This document shows, in pieces, positions 38,493 through 47,106 of a stretch of 47,929 bases of DNA. The notes beneath the pieces are model-generated. The model searched no databases, had not been told where the DNA came from, and saw nothing but the letters and a program-made list of their open reading frames with translations. How positions within the stretch are numbered: position 1 is the first letter of the stretch; every line of letters begins with the position of its first letter. The position numbers and the translations under genes were made by a program. This DNA is from Gemmatimonadota bacterium (lineage in GTDB: Bacteria; Gemmatimonadota; Gemmatimonadetes; Palauibacterales; KS3-K002), in assembly GCA_039586795.1 (NCBI GenBank), contig JBDHJS010000030.1:1-47929 (forward strand), written 5' to 3'.

Positions 38493-39599
38493 TCCGCCTG
38501 TGCCCCGTATCGCTTAAGGTACTCGATGATGAACTCGTCCAGGTCGCCCTGCATCACGCGCTGAACGTCGCTCTGTTCTATGTTGGTGCGGTGGTCCTTC
38601 ACCATTGTGTAGGGCTGGAACACGTAGGAGCGGATCTGGTTGCCCCAGGCGATGTCGGTCTTTGCCTCTTCGATCTTCGCCCGTTCCTTTCGACGCTCTT
38701 CCATCTCCCGCTCGTATAGCGCCGCGCGCAGCATCTTCATCGCCGTGTTCTTATTTCGATGCTGACTTCGCTCTTGCTGACAGGAGACGACGATCCCCGA
38801 CGGTGTGTGCGTGATTCGCACCGCCGAGTCCGTCTTGTTCACGTGCTGGCCGCCCTTCCCCGACGCCCTGTAGGTGTCTATGCGTAGGTCATCGGTCTTT
38901 ATCTCGACCTCGACGCTATCGTCGATCACCGGATAGACGAAGACCGAAGCAAACGATGTATGTCGACGAGCTTGCTGATCGAAGGGAGATATTCGGACTA
39001 GCCGGTGAACGCCCTTTTCCGCTTGTAGATAACCGTAGGCGTGCTTCCCGCGCACCTCGAGCGTGACCGACTTGATGCCGGCTTCCTCTGCGGGAACCAG
39101 ATCGAGCACCGCGGCTTCAAAGCCATGCGCCTCTGCCCAGCGCGTGTACATGCGCATGAGCATCTCAGCCCAATCCTGCGAGTCGGTTCCGCCGGCGCCG
39201 GGATGAATCGTCAACAGCGCGTCCCGCACGGCATCGCTGCCGCGCAGTATGTTGCGAAACTCTAGCTCCTCTACTTCAACTTTCAGCTGCTCGACCTCGG
39301 ACCGAAACTCCTCTTCCATTCCGTCGTCGGCCTCGGCGTCGATCAACGCGCCCAGTTCGTCCAGATCCGCGGCTTTGATATCGGCCGTCCCCCAGGGCTC
39401 TACCCAACCCTTGAGCTCATCCAGCTCGCGCATCACACCGCGCGCCCGTTCCGCGTCGTCCCAGAAGCCGGGCGAACCCGACTGCTTCTCGAGAACAGCG
39501 ATACGGGCTTGCTTAGCTTCTATGTCAAAGATACCCCCTGAGCTCCGCGATCCGCTCCCGCAGGTCCTTGAGCACGCCGAGCTCCGTCGCCACTGCCAT
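38489..39599 (-). CDS. prfB: Peptide chain release factor 2 with programmed +1 frameshift
   Basis: ORF1 of 24 codons from ATG 39599 (MAVATELGVLKDLRERIAELRGYL) ends at CTT TGA C. The +1 frame continues DIEAKQARIA... into SPF and GGQ motifs. Confidence 0.97.
39524..39539 (-). promoter_or_regulatory. RF2 +1 frameshift cassette AGGGGG-TAT-CTT-TGA-C
   Basis: Internal SD-like AGGGGG three bases before the slippery CTT TGA C, the canonical prfB autoregulatory site. Confidence 0.95.
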
Positions 39600-39647
39600 C
39601 CCGGTTCCTCGCTTTCTAGAATCTACTACTACTAATCGTTGTAACTA

Positions 39648-39677
39648 ATTATACCACAAACGATAGGGGCCGTCCAA
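39648..39677 (-). promoter_or_regulatory. prfB promoter with extended -10 TGGTATAAT
   Basis: TATAAT at 39648-39653 preceded by TG-N; possible -35 TTGGAC at 39672-39677. Confidence 0.65.
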
Positions 39678-39690
39678 CCGGACGGCCCCT
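39665..39690 (-). terminator. Intrinsic terminator after the GGDEF/zinc-ribbon pair
   Basis: Perfect 11-bp stem AGGGGCCGTCC/GGACGGCCCCT with a 4-nt loop, followed by ATCGTTTG on the minus strand. Confidence 0.65.
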
Positions 39691-39753
39691 GGAGCGTCGT
39701 TTCGGCTGGGGGAAACATATCTGCGCCCCCCTATCCCGGTCAACCTATCGACC

Positions 39754-40413
39754 TCAGAAGACCTGCTTTCCTCTGGCCAGGATCTCGTTCAGCGCGTCGC
39801 GGAAGTACGGCGTGCTGCGCGCCACCTCGAGTCCGACTTGGTCGACATACTCCTGCCAAGATTTCTTCAGCTCATCCTGGAACAGCTCCTTTAGGCGACC
39901 CTCTTTCAGCCCCACCTCCTGCCGCTCGGGGTGATAAGCCGCCACATCGGAGATCAGGGCGCGTGCCAGCCGGCGGGCCCGAGCATCAGGGTCGGGTTGA
40001 CCGAACGGCTTGGGCGTTACGGCGGGCTCGCCCGGTGCTGCCGATGGCGCCTCGGGAGGGGCGACCTCGGCGAGGGGCTCCGCCGCGGGCTCCGGTTCCA
40101 GGGCCGCGGGAGCCGGCTCGGGCTCGGCTTCAGATAACGACGGAAAAGAAGGCGGAGCCGGCGGCTCCATTTCCGGCGCGGGCTTTGGTTCCGCAGGTGC
40201 GGGTGCGGACGGGACCGGGGGCTCCGGAGACGGAGCGGCAATGGGCTCGGGAGCAGCCGCCGGTGCCGATGCTGCGGCCATCGCCGGGGCCTCCTCCGGC
40301 ATGACCTCGAATACGCCGCCACACACGGAGCAGCGAGCACGCACACCGTCACTCGGAACTTTGCGCGGATCGACCCGAAAGACGGTTTTGCACTGTGGGC
40401 AGGAGACGTTCAT
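39754..40413 (-). CDS. MJ0042-type zinc-ribbon protein with Pro/Ala/Glu linker and RomX-like helical C-terminal domain
   Basis: CPQCKTVFRV...ARCSVCGGVF, a long PEP-rich linker, then ARARRLARALISDVAAY...FRDALNEILARG. Confidence 0.85.
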   Translation of the reverse strand: MNVSCPQCKTVFRVDPRKVPSDGVRARCSVCGGVFEVMPEEAPAMAAASAPAAAPEPIAAPSPEPPVPSAPAPAEPKPAPEMEPPAPPSFPSLSEAEPEPAPAALEPEPAAEPLAEVAPPEAPSAAPGEPAVTPKPFGQPDPDARARRLARALISDVAAYHPERQEVGLKEGRLKELFQDELKKSWQEYVDQVGLEVARSTPYFRDALNEILARGKQVF

Positions 40414-41408
40414 GAGGCTTCCTTCTTGGCTTCACTAGCCACTCTGGACATATCGTTGGCGCGGCTGTCGCGCTGGCTATGTCGTCTATCAACCACGTAG
40501 ATGGAGCCCTGCTTCGTCTTGGCGTAGGCCTTCATTTCCGTCGCCAACTCGCTGACCTGAGCGGTGTGCGAGAAGTTGCGCTCCTGGTTGGTGACGATCC
40601 CTATGGACAGGGTCATCAGGGGAATACGGTGCAGCTGTCCGCGACGATCTTTCCCCCAGAAGAATCCCGCCTTCCGGTCCTCCTCCGAGTACTGGTAGGG
40701 CACCAACGTGTCGAAGATCTGGATGATCTCACGACAGCACGGCTCAAAGGTATCCATCGAAACGTTGAAGATGAAGTCGTCGCCGCCGATGTGACCGATG
40801 AACCCCGAGGGTGCGAGAGCTTTGACGACATCGCGAAGGATCTTCGAGACGAGCAAGATCACTCTGTCGCCGTGCTGGTAGCCGTAGCGGTCGTTGAACT
40901 CCTTGAAATGATCGATGTCGGCATAACAGACCGCAAAATCCTCACCCGCCGTCAGGCGAGCCGTGATGTCACGCTCGATCATGGCCGTTCCCGGCAACCG
41001 CGTCGTCGGGTGAACACCCACGTCACGCTCAGCTCTTTTGACGACCGTGCTGAGCCGCAGGAGCTTCTCTCGCTCGTCCATGCTGTGCTTCAGGAAGTCG
41101 TCGGCGCCCGCCTCGAGGACCTGGTTCATCACCTCGATATCGGTACCCCCCGACCAGGCGACGACCGGCACGATGGCGCTGAAGGGATCCGCCCTCAGCG
41201 TCACTATGAGGTCGCAGATCTCCTCCACTTCGCTGTCCCCGTCCAACACGACCAGGGAGGGATGGCTGCGGTTCACCAGTGCAAAAACTTCCTTCGGCCC
41301 CGCCGCCCGAACCAGTTTGTAACCCTGCTGATAGACATGCCCGAGCAAGGCCTCAGGAGGGCCCGAACTGGCGGAAGAGTAGAATACGATGACAGGTGGT
41401 AGCGGCAT
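40410..41408 (-). CDS. Receiver-like plus GGDEF protein (diguanylate cyclase)
   Basis: REC-like N-terminus (LVVLD, AGADDFLK); ADIDHFKEFNDRYGYQHGD and GHIGGDDF active site. Confidence 0.9.
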   Translation of the reverse strand: MPLPPVIVFYSSASSGPPEALLGHVYQQGYKLVRAAGPKEVFALVNRSHPSLVVLDGDSEVEEICDLIVTLRADPFSAIVPVVAWSGGTDIEVMNQVLEAGADDFLKHSMDEREKLLRLSTVVKRAERDVGVHPTTRLPGTAMIERDITARLTAGEDFAVCYADIDHFKEFNDRYGYQHGDRVILLVSKILRDVVKALAPSGFIGHIGGDDFIFNVSMDTFEPCCREIIQIFDTLVPYQYSEEDRKAGFFWGKDRRGQLHRIPLMTLSIGIVTNQERNFSHTAQVSELATEMKAYAKTKQGSIYVVDRRHSQRDSRANDMSRVASEAKKEAS

Positions 41409-41451
41409 CAGCGCTCACCGAAAGGGTGATCCTGCACCTTCACGTCCAGTG

Positions 41452-41480
41452 AAGTTACACGGGGGCTTTTTTTCCGTCAA
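41452..41480 (-). promoter_or_regulatory. Sigma70-like promoter TTGACG-N17-TAACTT
   Basis: -35 at 41475-41480 and -10 at 41452-41457, upstream of the GGDEF gene. Confidence 0.6.
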
Positions 41481-41548
41481 TTTGACCGTTGCAAGAAGCA
41501 AGCCGGTCCTGACGGCGTTTTCGAGGGGTTCCGACCTGTCGATGAACT

Positions 41549-43645
41549 TCAGTCCGCCAACCCCAGGTCAAGCTCGCGCGCTTCTCGATCTAGCGCCAGA
41601 ACCTTTACTTTCAGTCGATCTCCCAGCCGGAATCGCCGGCGACGCGACTCGCCGACCAGCGAGTACTCCTTCTCTATGTAGTGATAGTAGTCATCTTCGA
41701 GTTGACTGATATGGATCAGACCTTCAACGAGCACGTCATCGAGCAGTACGAAGAGGCCGAATGAAGAGACCCCGGCGACCGTTCCTTCGAAATCGTCCCC
41801 GAGGTGTTGCTCCATGTACTCGATCTTTTTGAGCTCGACCGAATCGCGTTCCGCTTCCGTCGCCTGGCGTTCACGCAGCGACGATTGCCGCGCCACCGCA
41901 TCCAGGTGATCCAGCATCGACTCCGATATCCGATGTCCCTCGATCATCGCCGAGCGCACCAGACGGTGAACGACCAGATCGGGATAGCGTCGGATCGGCG
42001 AGGTGAAGTGCGTGTATGCCCGCGAGCCGAGTCCGTAGTGCTCTTTCCGTTCAGCACTGTATCGCGCCTGTTTCATGCTCCGCAAGACGAGTGTTGAAAC
42101 GATCGACTCCACTGGCTTGCCTTCAACCTGATGCAGCAGGCTCTGCAACAACCTGGAGGAGCGGCCCGCGCCCTTCTGCAGTTTCAGTCCCAGTCCGACA
42201 ACGAAGCTGCGTAGCCTTTCCAGTCGATCGGGATCAGGGGGCTCATGGATCCTATAGATGAACGGCAGTTTCTTGCGCCGCGCCCAGCCTGCCAAGGTCT
42301 CGTTCGCGAGAATCATGAACTCTTCGATCAACCGATGCGTCTCCAACCGCAACAGCTTTTCGATCTGCGTCGGCTCGCCGGCGGAATTGACGACGACTCG
42401 GGCTTCCGGCAGATCGAAATCCAGGCCGCCTCTCTCTTGTCGCGCCTTCCTCAGTTCGAGTGACAGGTCGCGCAGTGCCGTCAACGCATCGCGTAGCTCC
42501 CGGTCTCCCCTGGCGTCTCCATCGATGATCCCCTGGGCGAGCTCGTAACTGAGGGCGAATCTGCTGCGAATGATACCTTCCTGGACCGCGGACGAGTGGA
42601 CGGCCCCACTTCCATCCATCTCGAGGATGAGTGAGAGAGTGAGCCTGTCTTCTCCCGGTTTGAGCGAGCATAAGTCCGCTGACAGCGGCTCGGGAATCAT
42701 GGGCAGCACACGGTCTACGAGGTATACGCTCGTGCCGCGGCCCAATGCCTCCAGGTCGAGGGCCGACCGTTCGGCGACATAGTGAGAGACGTCAGCGATA
42801 TGAACACCGACGCGCCAGAGGTTTGATTCGAGTTTTTGGATCGAAAGCGCGTCGTCGTGGTCCCTCGCATCGGCCGGGTCGATGGTGAATACCAGGCTAT
42901 CTCGGAAATCAACGCGGCGGGCTAGATCCTCGCCTTCGGGGCGACGGCGGGACAGCGACTCGGCTTCCCGGAGCACCTCCTCGGGGAATGCGGTTGCCAG
43001 ACCGCGGTCGTGAACGATCGCCAGAACATCAACGCCGGGCTCACCCGGCTTGCCCAGCACCTCCACGACTTCGCCGACCGGATCCTGGTGGTCGCTTCCC
43101 CAGTCGACGATACGAGCCACGGCGACATCCCCTTCGCGCACGCCGCCTTCCGCGTCCCGGGGGATGAAGATGTCGCGCCGCATCCGCTGCTCACCGGGGA
43201 CCAGAACCCCCATACGACCGGAACGATGAAACACACCGACCACCTGCGAACGTGCGCGTTCGAGTACTTTTACGATCGAGCCTTCCGGATTCCTACCACG
43301 TCGACGCCGTTCGATTCGCACCGCCACCTGGTCGCCTTCGTAGGCGTTTCCTAACTCGTTCGCCGCAACGAACACGTCACCTTTTCCGTCGTCGGGAACG
43401 ACAAAACCGTGTCCTGCCCGGGTCATCTGGAGACGACCGATCGTCAGGTTGATTCGTTGCGGCAGTGCGTAGCGCTTCTTGCGGACCCGATAGAGCTCCC
43501 CCGCGTCCTCCATCTCGCGGAGCAGCCGCTTGAAGCGTGAGTACTCTCGAGGCTCCACGCCCAGCGCCCGTGCCATCTCCTTGGGCTTGAGCGGTCTCTG
43601 TGCATCGTCGCGCAAAAGCTTCAGCACCGCTCGCTTATCGATCAT
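41549..43645 (-). CDS. rnr: Ribonuclease R
   Basis: HTH and cold-shock domains, FTIDPADARDHDDA, EEFMILAN, YTHFTSPIRRYPDL, C-terminal S1. Confidence 0.97.
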   Translation of the reverse strand: MIDKRAVLKLLRDDAQRPLKPKEMARALGVEPREYSRFKRLLREMEDAGELYRVRKKRYALPQRINLTIGRLQMTRAGHGFVVPDDGKGDVFVAANELGNAYEGDQVAVRIERRRRGRNPEGSIVKVLERARSQVVGVFHRSGRMGVLVPGEQRMRRDIFIPRDAEGGVREGDVAVARIVDWGSDHQDPVGEVVEVLGKPGEPGVDVLAIVHDRGLATAFPEEVLREAESLSRRRPEGEDLARRVDFRDSLVFTIDPADARDHDDALSIQKLESNLWRVGVHIADVSHYVAERSALDLEALGRGTSVYLVDRVLPMIPEPLSADLCSLKPGEDRLTLSLILEMDGSGAVHSSAVQEGIIRSRFALSYELAQGIIDGDARGDRELRDALTALRDLSLELRKARQERGGLDFDLPEARVVVNSAGEPTQIEKLLRLETHRLIEEFMILANETLAGWARRKKLPFIYRIHEPPDPDRLERLRSFVVGLGLKLQKGAGRSSRLLQSLLHQVEGKPVESIVSTLVLRSMKQARYSAERKEHYGLGSRAYTHFTSPIRRYPDLVVHRLVRSAMIEGHRISESMLDHLDAVARQSSLRERQATEAERDSVELKKIEYMEQHLGDDFEGTVAGVSSFGLFVLLDDVLVEGLIHISQLEDDYYHYIEKEYSLVGESRRRRFRLGDRLKVKVLALDREARELDLGLAD

Positions 43646-43661
43646 CGCGTCGGCTCACATG

Positions 43662-43685
43662 AAAAAGGCCCTCTTGACGAAGGCC
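43662..43685 (-). terminator. Probable intrinsic terminator after the porV-like gene
   Basis: Minus strand GGCCTTC-GTCAA-GAGGGCC (one G-U pair) followed by TTTTT. Confidence 0.5.
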
Positions 43686-43720
43686 GTTTTGATCACAATG
43701 CTCTCGAACCCATCTGCGGA

Positions 43721-44746
43721 TCAGAAGATTACGCCGAAACTGACCTGAATCGATTCCTCGCCGGTTGCGGAGCTCACTTCATCAAACCCTCGACTCATGT
43801 TGAGGTAGAACCAGCTGTGCCTGAGCCCGAGACCTAGCGTCGGCACGTCGGGTTGGGCCTGTAAGAACGCGTAGCCGGCTCGAAGGTAGAACATCTGCGC
43901 GACGCCGAACTCCGTCCCGATCATCAGGTCGGGATTGCCCAGCGCTCGCACTTGGTCTTCGATGTCGATTGCCAACGCCAGCGCGAACGTCGTATCGCTG
44001 GTAAACGCCGACAGTGCCTGGTAGGCCAGGCCCACTCTTACACGCGACGGGAGACGATCCGTATCGTTCGCGCCTTTCAAGTCGAACCCGATGTTCCTGA
44101 CCGAACCGCCAAGCGCCACCGGTATGCCGCCCAGGTCCTCCAGTATCACGCCCAGATCGAACGCGTGGGTGGTTTGCGTCTCGGATTGCACATCAGTGCA
44201 CAGCCCATCGCAGCGGGTGATGAGCTGAATCAGCTTGTAGCTCATCCCCGCCTCCAGCGGGCCAACTATTCGTCCGGCGTACGTGAGCAGGAATTCCTGG
44301 TTTCTCACGTTCAGTGTTCCGATGACCGTACCGTCACTTCCCGTGCTCGCCAGTTCGCCGAAGTCCACCAGATAGTAGGTCAACCCAAACGTGCCGATCG
44401 CCTTGGTGGGCCATAGGAACGCCAACACTTCGCTGCGTGTGTCGAATACACCTTCGTGGTGATTGAAGAAGAGTCGTCCATCATCAAGGCCGGCAAGGCC
44501 TGCCGGCGCCCACAATACCGATTCCGGGTTTCCCGACAGGGCAGAGACCGCTCCACCCATGCCGACCGTCCGCGCTCCAACCGGAAGCAGCAGGAACTGC
44601 GCACCTTCTTCGGCTTCTACGGATTCATCGGTCGCGGAGATCGGTTCCGTGGGCAGGACATCACCCTGGGCCATTGCGGTCCCGGGTGAGCCTAGAAAGG
44701 CTAGCAGGCCGGCAAGAAGGCCGGAACTAGAAAGATTCAGCCTCAT
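43721..44746 (-). CDS. PorV/PorQ-family (UPF0164-like) outer membrane beta-barrel
   Basis: Signal peptide; GAQFLLLPVGARTVGMGGA, WAPAGLA, LRAGY and a terminal Phe. Confidence 0.8.
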   Translation of the reverse strand: MRLNLSSSGLLAGLLAFLGSPGTAMAQGDVLPTEPISATDESVEAEEGAQFLLLPVGARTVGMGGAVSALSGNPESVLWAPAGLAGLDDGRLFFNHHEGVFDTRSEVLAFLWPTKAIGTFGLTYYLVDFGELASTGSDGTVIGTLNVRNQEFLLTYAGRIVGPLEAGMSYKLIQLITRCDGLCTDVQSETQTTHAFDLGVILEDLGGIPVALGGSVRNIGFDLKGANDTDRLPSRVRVGLAYQALSAFTSDTTFALALAIDIEDQVRALGNPDLMIGTEFGVAQMFYLRAGYAFLQAQPDVPTLGLGLRHSWFYLNMSRGFDEVSSATGEESIQVSFGVIF

Positions 44747-44903
44747 CGATCAGCATGACGGGGATGCCATCATCAATATTGTATCGAAGCCGGCAAGTGT
44801 TGCACACGAGCACCGACTCGTCCGGTCGGTACTCCAGCTCTCCGCCGCATTTCGGGCAGACCAATATCTCGAGGAGGGTCTCGTCAACCACAGACTCACT
44901 CAT
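44727..44903 (-). CDS. Trm112/YcaR family protein
   Basis: LLEILVCPKCGGEL...LVCNTCRLRYNIDDGIPVMLIDEA. Confidence 0.92.
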   Translation of the reverse strand: MSESVVDETLLEILVCPKCGGELEYRPDESVLVCNTCRLRYNIDDGIPVMLIDEAESF

Positions 44904-44946
44904 TCCCATCATCCTATCTACAGTCAAAACAGCCTCGTGTCCACCT

Positions 44947-45873
44947 CTAGCGTTCGGGTGGCAGCTGAAAACCCAGTTGTCTGAGCCGACTCCGCTTCCT
45001 CGACCAGTTCGGCATCACCTTGACCCGCAAGTCCAGATACACTCTTTGATCGATTAGCGACTCGATCTTCTCGCGCGATACCTTTCCGATTCTGCGAATC
45101 GTTGCTCCGCCTTTGCCGATGACGATTCCTTTTTGGCTTTCGCGTTCCACGTAGATCGTCACGCCCACGTAAGCCGGGTCCTGGGATTCGCGGAACTCGT
45201 CTACTCTGCAGATGACGCTGTACGGGAGCTCTTCGCGCAACGCATCCATGCAGGTTTCGCGAACAAACTCCTGTGCGAAGAAACGGACAGACTGTGCCGC
45301 GCTGTCATCAACGGGAAACAGCGGTGGAGAGAGCGGAAGATTCGGCACCACCCAGCTCAGCAGCATATCGAGCCCCATCCCCGTAAGTGCAGATACCGCA
45401 AGGGATTCGACGCCCAGTCGCTTCAAGGACTCCCCTAGTTCGTTCACGACATCCTGGCCAACAGCATCGCACTTGTTCAAGACGTTCAACGTTGGCAGTT
45501 CACGGTTCATCAAAGACTCGATCAGCGCGTGATCCGGCAGTGTTTTCCGTCGCGTCGCGTCCGTAACGTAGATCAAGACGTCCGCTTCCTCGATCGCTGT
45601 GCGTGCCGACAGAGTCATCGCTTCCTGCAACGGGTATTCCGCGTCGATGAGTCCGGGTGCATCCAGGAACACGGCCTGGTAATCGGCGTGCGTCAGTATG
45701 CCCACAACACGCTCACGCGTGGTCTGCGCTTTCGGGGTGACAATACTCAGTCGTTGACCGACGAGGGCGTTCATCAACGTCGATTTACCGACGTTGGGCT
45801 TACCGGCAAGCGAGATGTATCCGCACCGAAAATCTGGCGGCAACGACAGGGTGTCTTCCGGTTCCAATGGCAT
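44947..45873 (-). CDS. era: GTPase Era
   Basis: GKPNVGKST, KAQTTR, DAPG, NKCD, EELPYS, QKGIVIGKGG (KH domain). Confidence 0.97.
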   Translation of the reverse strand: MPLEPEDTLSLPPDFRCGYISLAGKPNVGKSTLMNALVGQRLSIVTPKAQTTRERVVGILTHADYQAVFLDAPGLIDAEYPLQEAMTLSARTAIEEADVLIYVTDATRRKTLPDHALIESLMNRELPTLNVLNKCDAVGQDVVNELGESLKRLGVESLAVSALTGMGLDMLLSWVVPNLPLSPPLFPVDDSAAQSVRFFAQEFVRETCMDALREELPYSVICRVDEFRESQDPAYVGVTIYVERESQKGIVIGKGGATIRRIGKVSREKIESLIDQRVYLDLRVKVMPNWSRKRSRLRQLGFQLPPER

Positions 45874-45900
45874 CAATCCCGTAAGTATCTATTGGGAATG

Positions 45901-45929
45901 AAGATAGGGGAAAAGGGTGCGCCGGGCAA
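45901..45929 (-). promoter_or_regulatory. Putative era promoter TTGCCC-N17-TATCTT
   Basis: -35 at 45924-45929 and -10 at 45901-45906. Confidence 0.55.
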
Positions 45930-45946
45930 TTCGACGACGTTGCCCG

Positions 45947-45990
45947 GCCGCGCGATGAGCGCGGCGTTCTTGGACATCACACCGGCTGCG
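45947..45990. repeat. Degenerate copy of the 5S rRNA 3' end plus terminator (direct repeat with 47871-47914)
   Basis: GCCGCGCGATGAGCGCGGCGTTCTTGGACATCACACCGGCTGCG versus GCCGCGCGATAAGCGCGGCGTTTTTGGATAAAACACCGGCGGCG: 38/44 identical, ungapped. Confidence 0.85.
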
Positions 45991-46134
45991 ATGGCTCGTT
46001 GACATAACCTTTGTCAGCAGGTAGTCCTGAGACATCCTGTTCGTGATCACGTGGGCGAGACCGGTACTTGAGGGTTCGCGCAGCCAGCTCTAGCAAGCCC
46101 TAACCGATCGACTGGTGAGGCACCGACAAACAAT

Positions 46135-47073
46135 ATGCGACCACACATCTGCTTTCTGCTTTCCGCTTTCGCTTTTTCAATGTCAGGTTGTTCTCAGGAG
46201 GGAGAAGAATCGGCTGCTGGACTGATCGAGGTGTTGGAGGAGCATGATGTCTCAGCCCTCAACGAACCTCTCGAAGAGAATGTGCTTACCGCCGACATCG
46301 TCATCTTCTATTCCGACAATACGGAGGTGACGTGGGAGGAGATGAAGGAGGAGTTCACCAATGCGGTCAGCGTCTTTCGCGCCAATGGCGTGCAGCTCAA
46401 CCTGAAGAAGGCGGTGAAGGTCGATTACCCTGCGACCTGGGCGGGTATGGCCTCCGGAGTGGGCACCAATGTACCGCAGGACGACATGGACTTGGACTTC
46501 TACGAGATGATGGACTATGAGCAGGAAGTGTTGCCGGACAGTCTGGAGTCCATACTCGATGCGTTCCTCGCCGACGAGGAGAACCGTGAACGGACCATCT
46601 TCATAATCCCCCTTAACGACTTGACTGTTGCCTGGTACGAACGGGACGAGAACAAGGAGTGGCAAAAGGTTACATCGCCTACTTCGGCGATATCCTTTCC
46701 CCCTTACCTGTTTGCTGATCGCATACCGAAGCACTTGAGAGGAGTTGTTTCGTTCCAGCGATCGAAGCCGGGGAGGAGGGTCATGGCTCATGAGCTGGGG
46801 CACAAACTGATCAACGTCTCTCATGAGGGCCTCGACGTCTGCCCGCAGGGCTCCGGAACCGGTGTCCCGGGCCTCATGGGGTATCAGAACGAGACCGAGA
46901 TATATGGCGGTGAAGTGGGGCGCTGGCACAAGGAGCGACTTCTACTGAGCCCGTTTCTCTATCGGACCTTAGACGGCGAAAAAGTCTGGAACGAAGAGTT
47001 CAAAAGTGGCGGCAGCTACGATGACCCGATCTACGAGGGCCTCTTCATGGAACCGGCCTGCCCGACCGGTTAG
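46135..47073 (+). CDS. Putative lipoprotein zinc metallopeptidase (metzincin-like)
   Basis: Lipobox-like MSG-C at residue 19; AHELGHKLINVSH zinc motif followed by a PGLMGY Met-turn-like segment. Confidence 0.7.
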   Translation: MRPHICFLLSAFAFSMSGCSQEGEESAAGLIEVLEEHDVSALNEPLEENVLTADIVIFYSDNTEVTWEEMKEEFTNAVSVFRANGVQLNLKKAVKVDYPATWAGMASGVGTNVPQDDMDLDFYEMMDYEQEVLPDSLESILDAFLADEENRERTIFIIPLNDLTVAWYERDENKEWQKVTSPTSAISFPPYLFADRIPKHLRGVVSFQRSKPGRRVMAHELGHKLINVSHEGLDVCPQGSGTGVPGLMGYQNETEIYGGEVGRWHKERLLLSPFLYRTLDGEKVWNEEFKSGGSYDDPIYEGLFMEPACPTG

Positions 47074-47106
47074 CGGTTAGCGACTCTACCTGGAGGAGAC
47101 TCTAGC

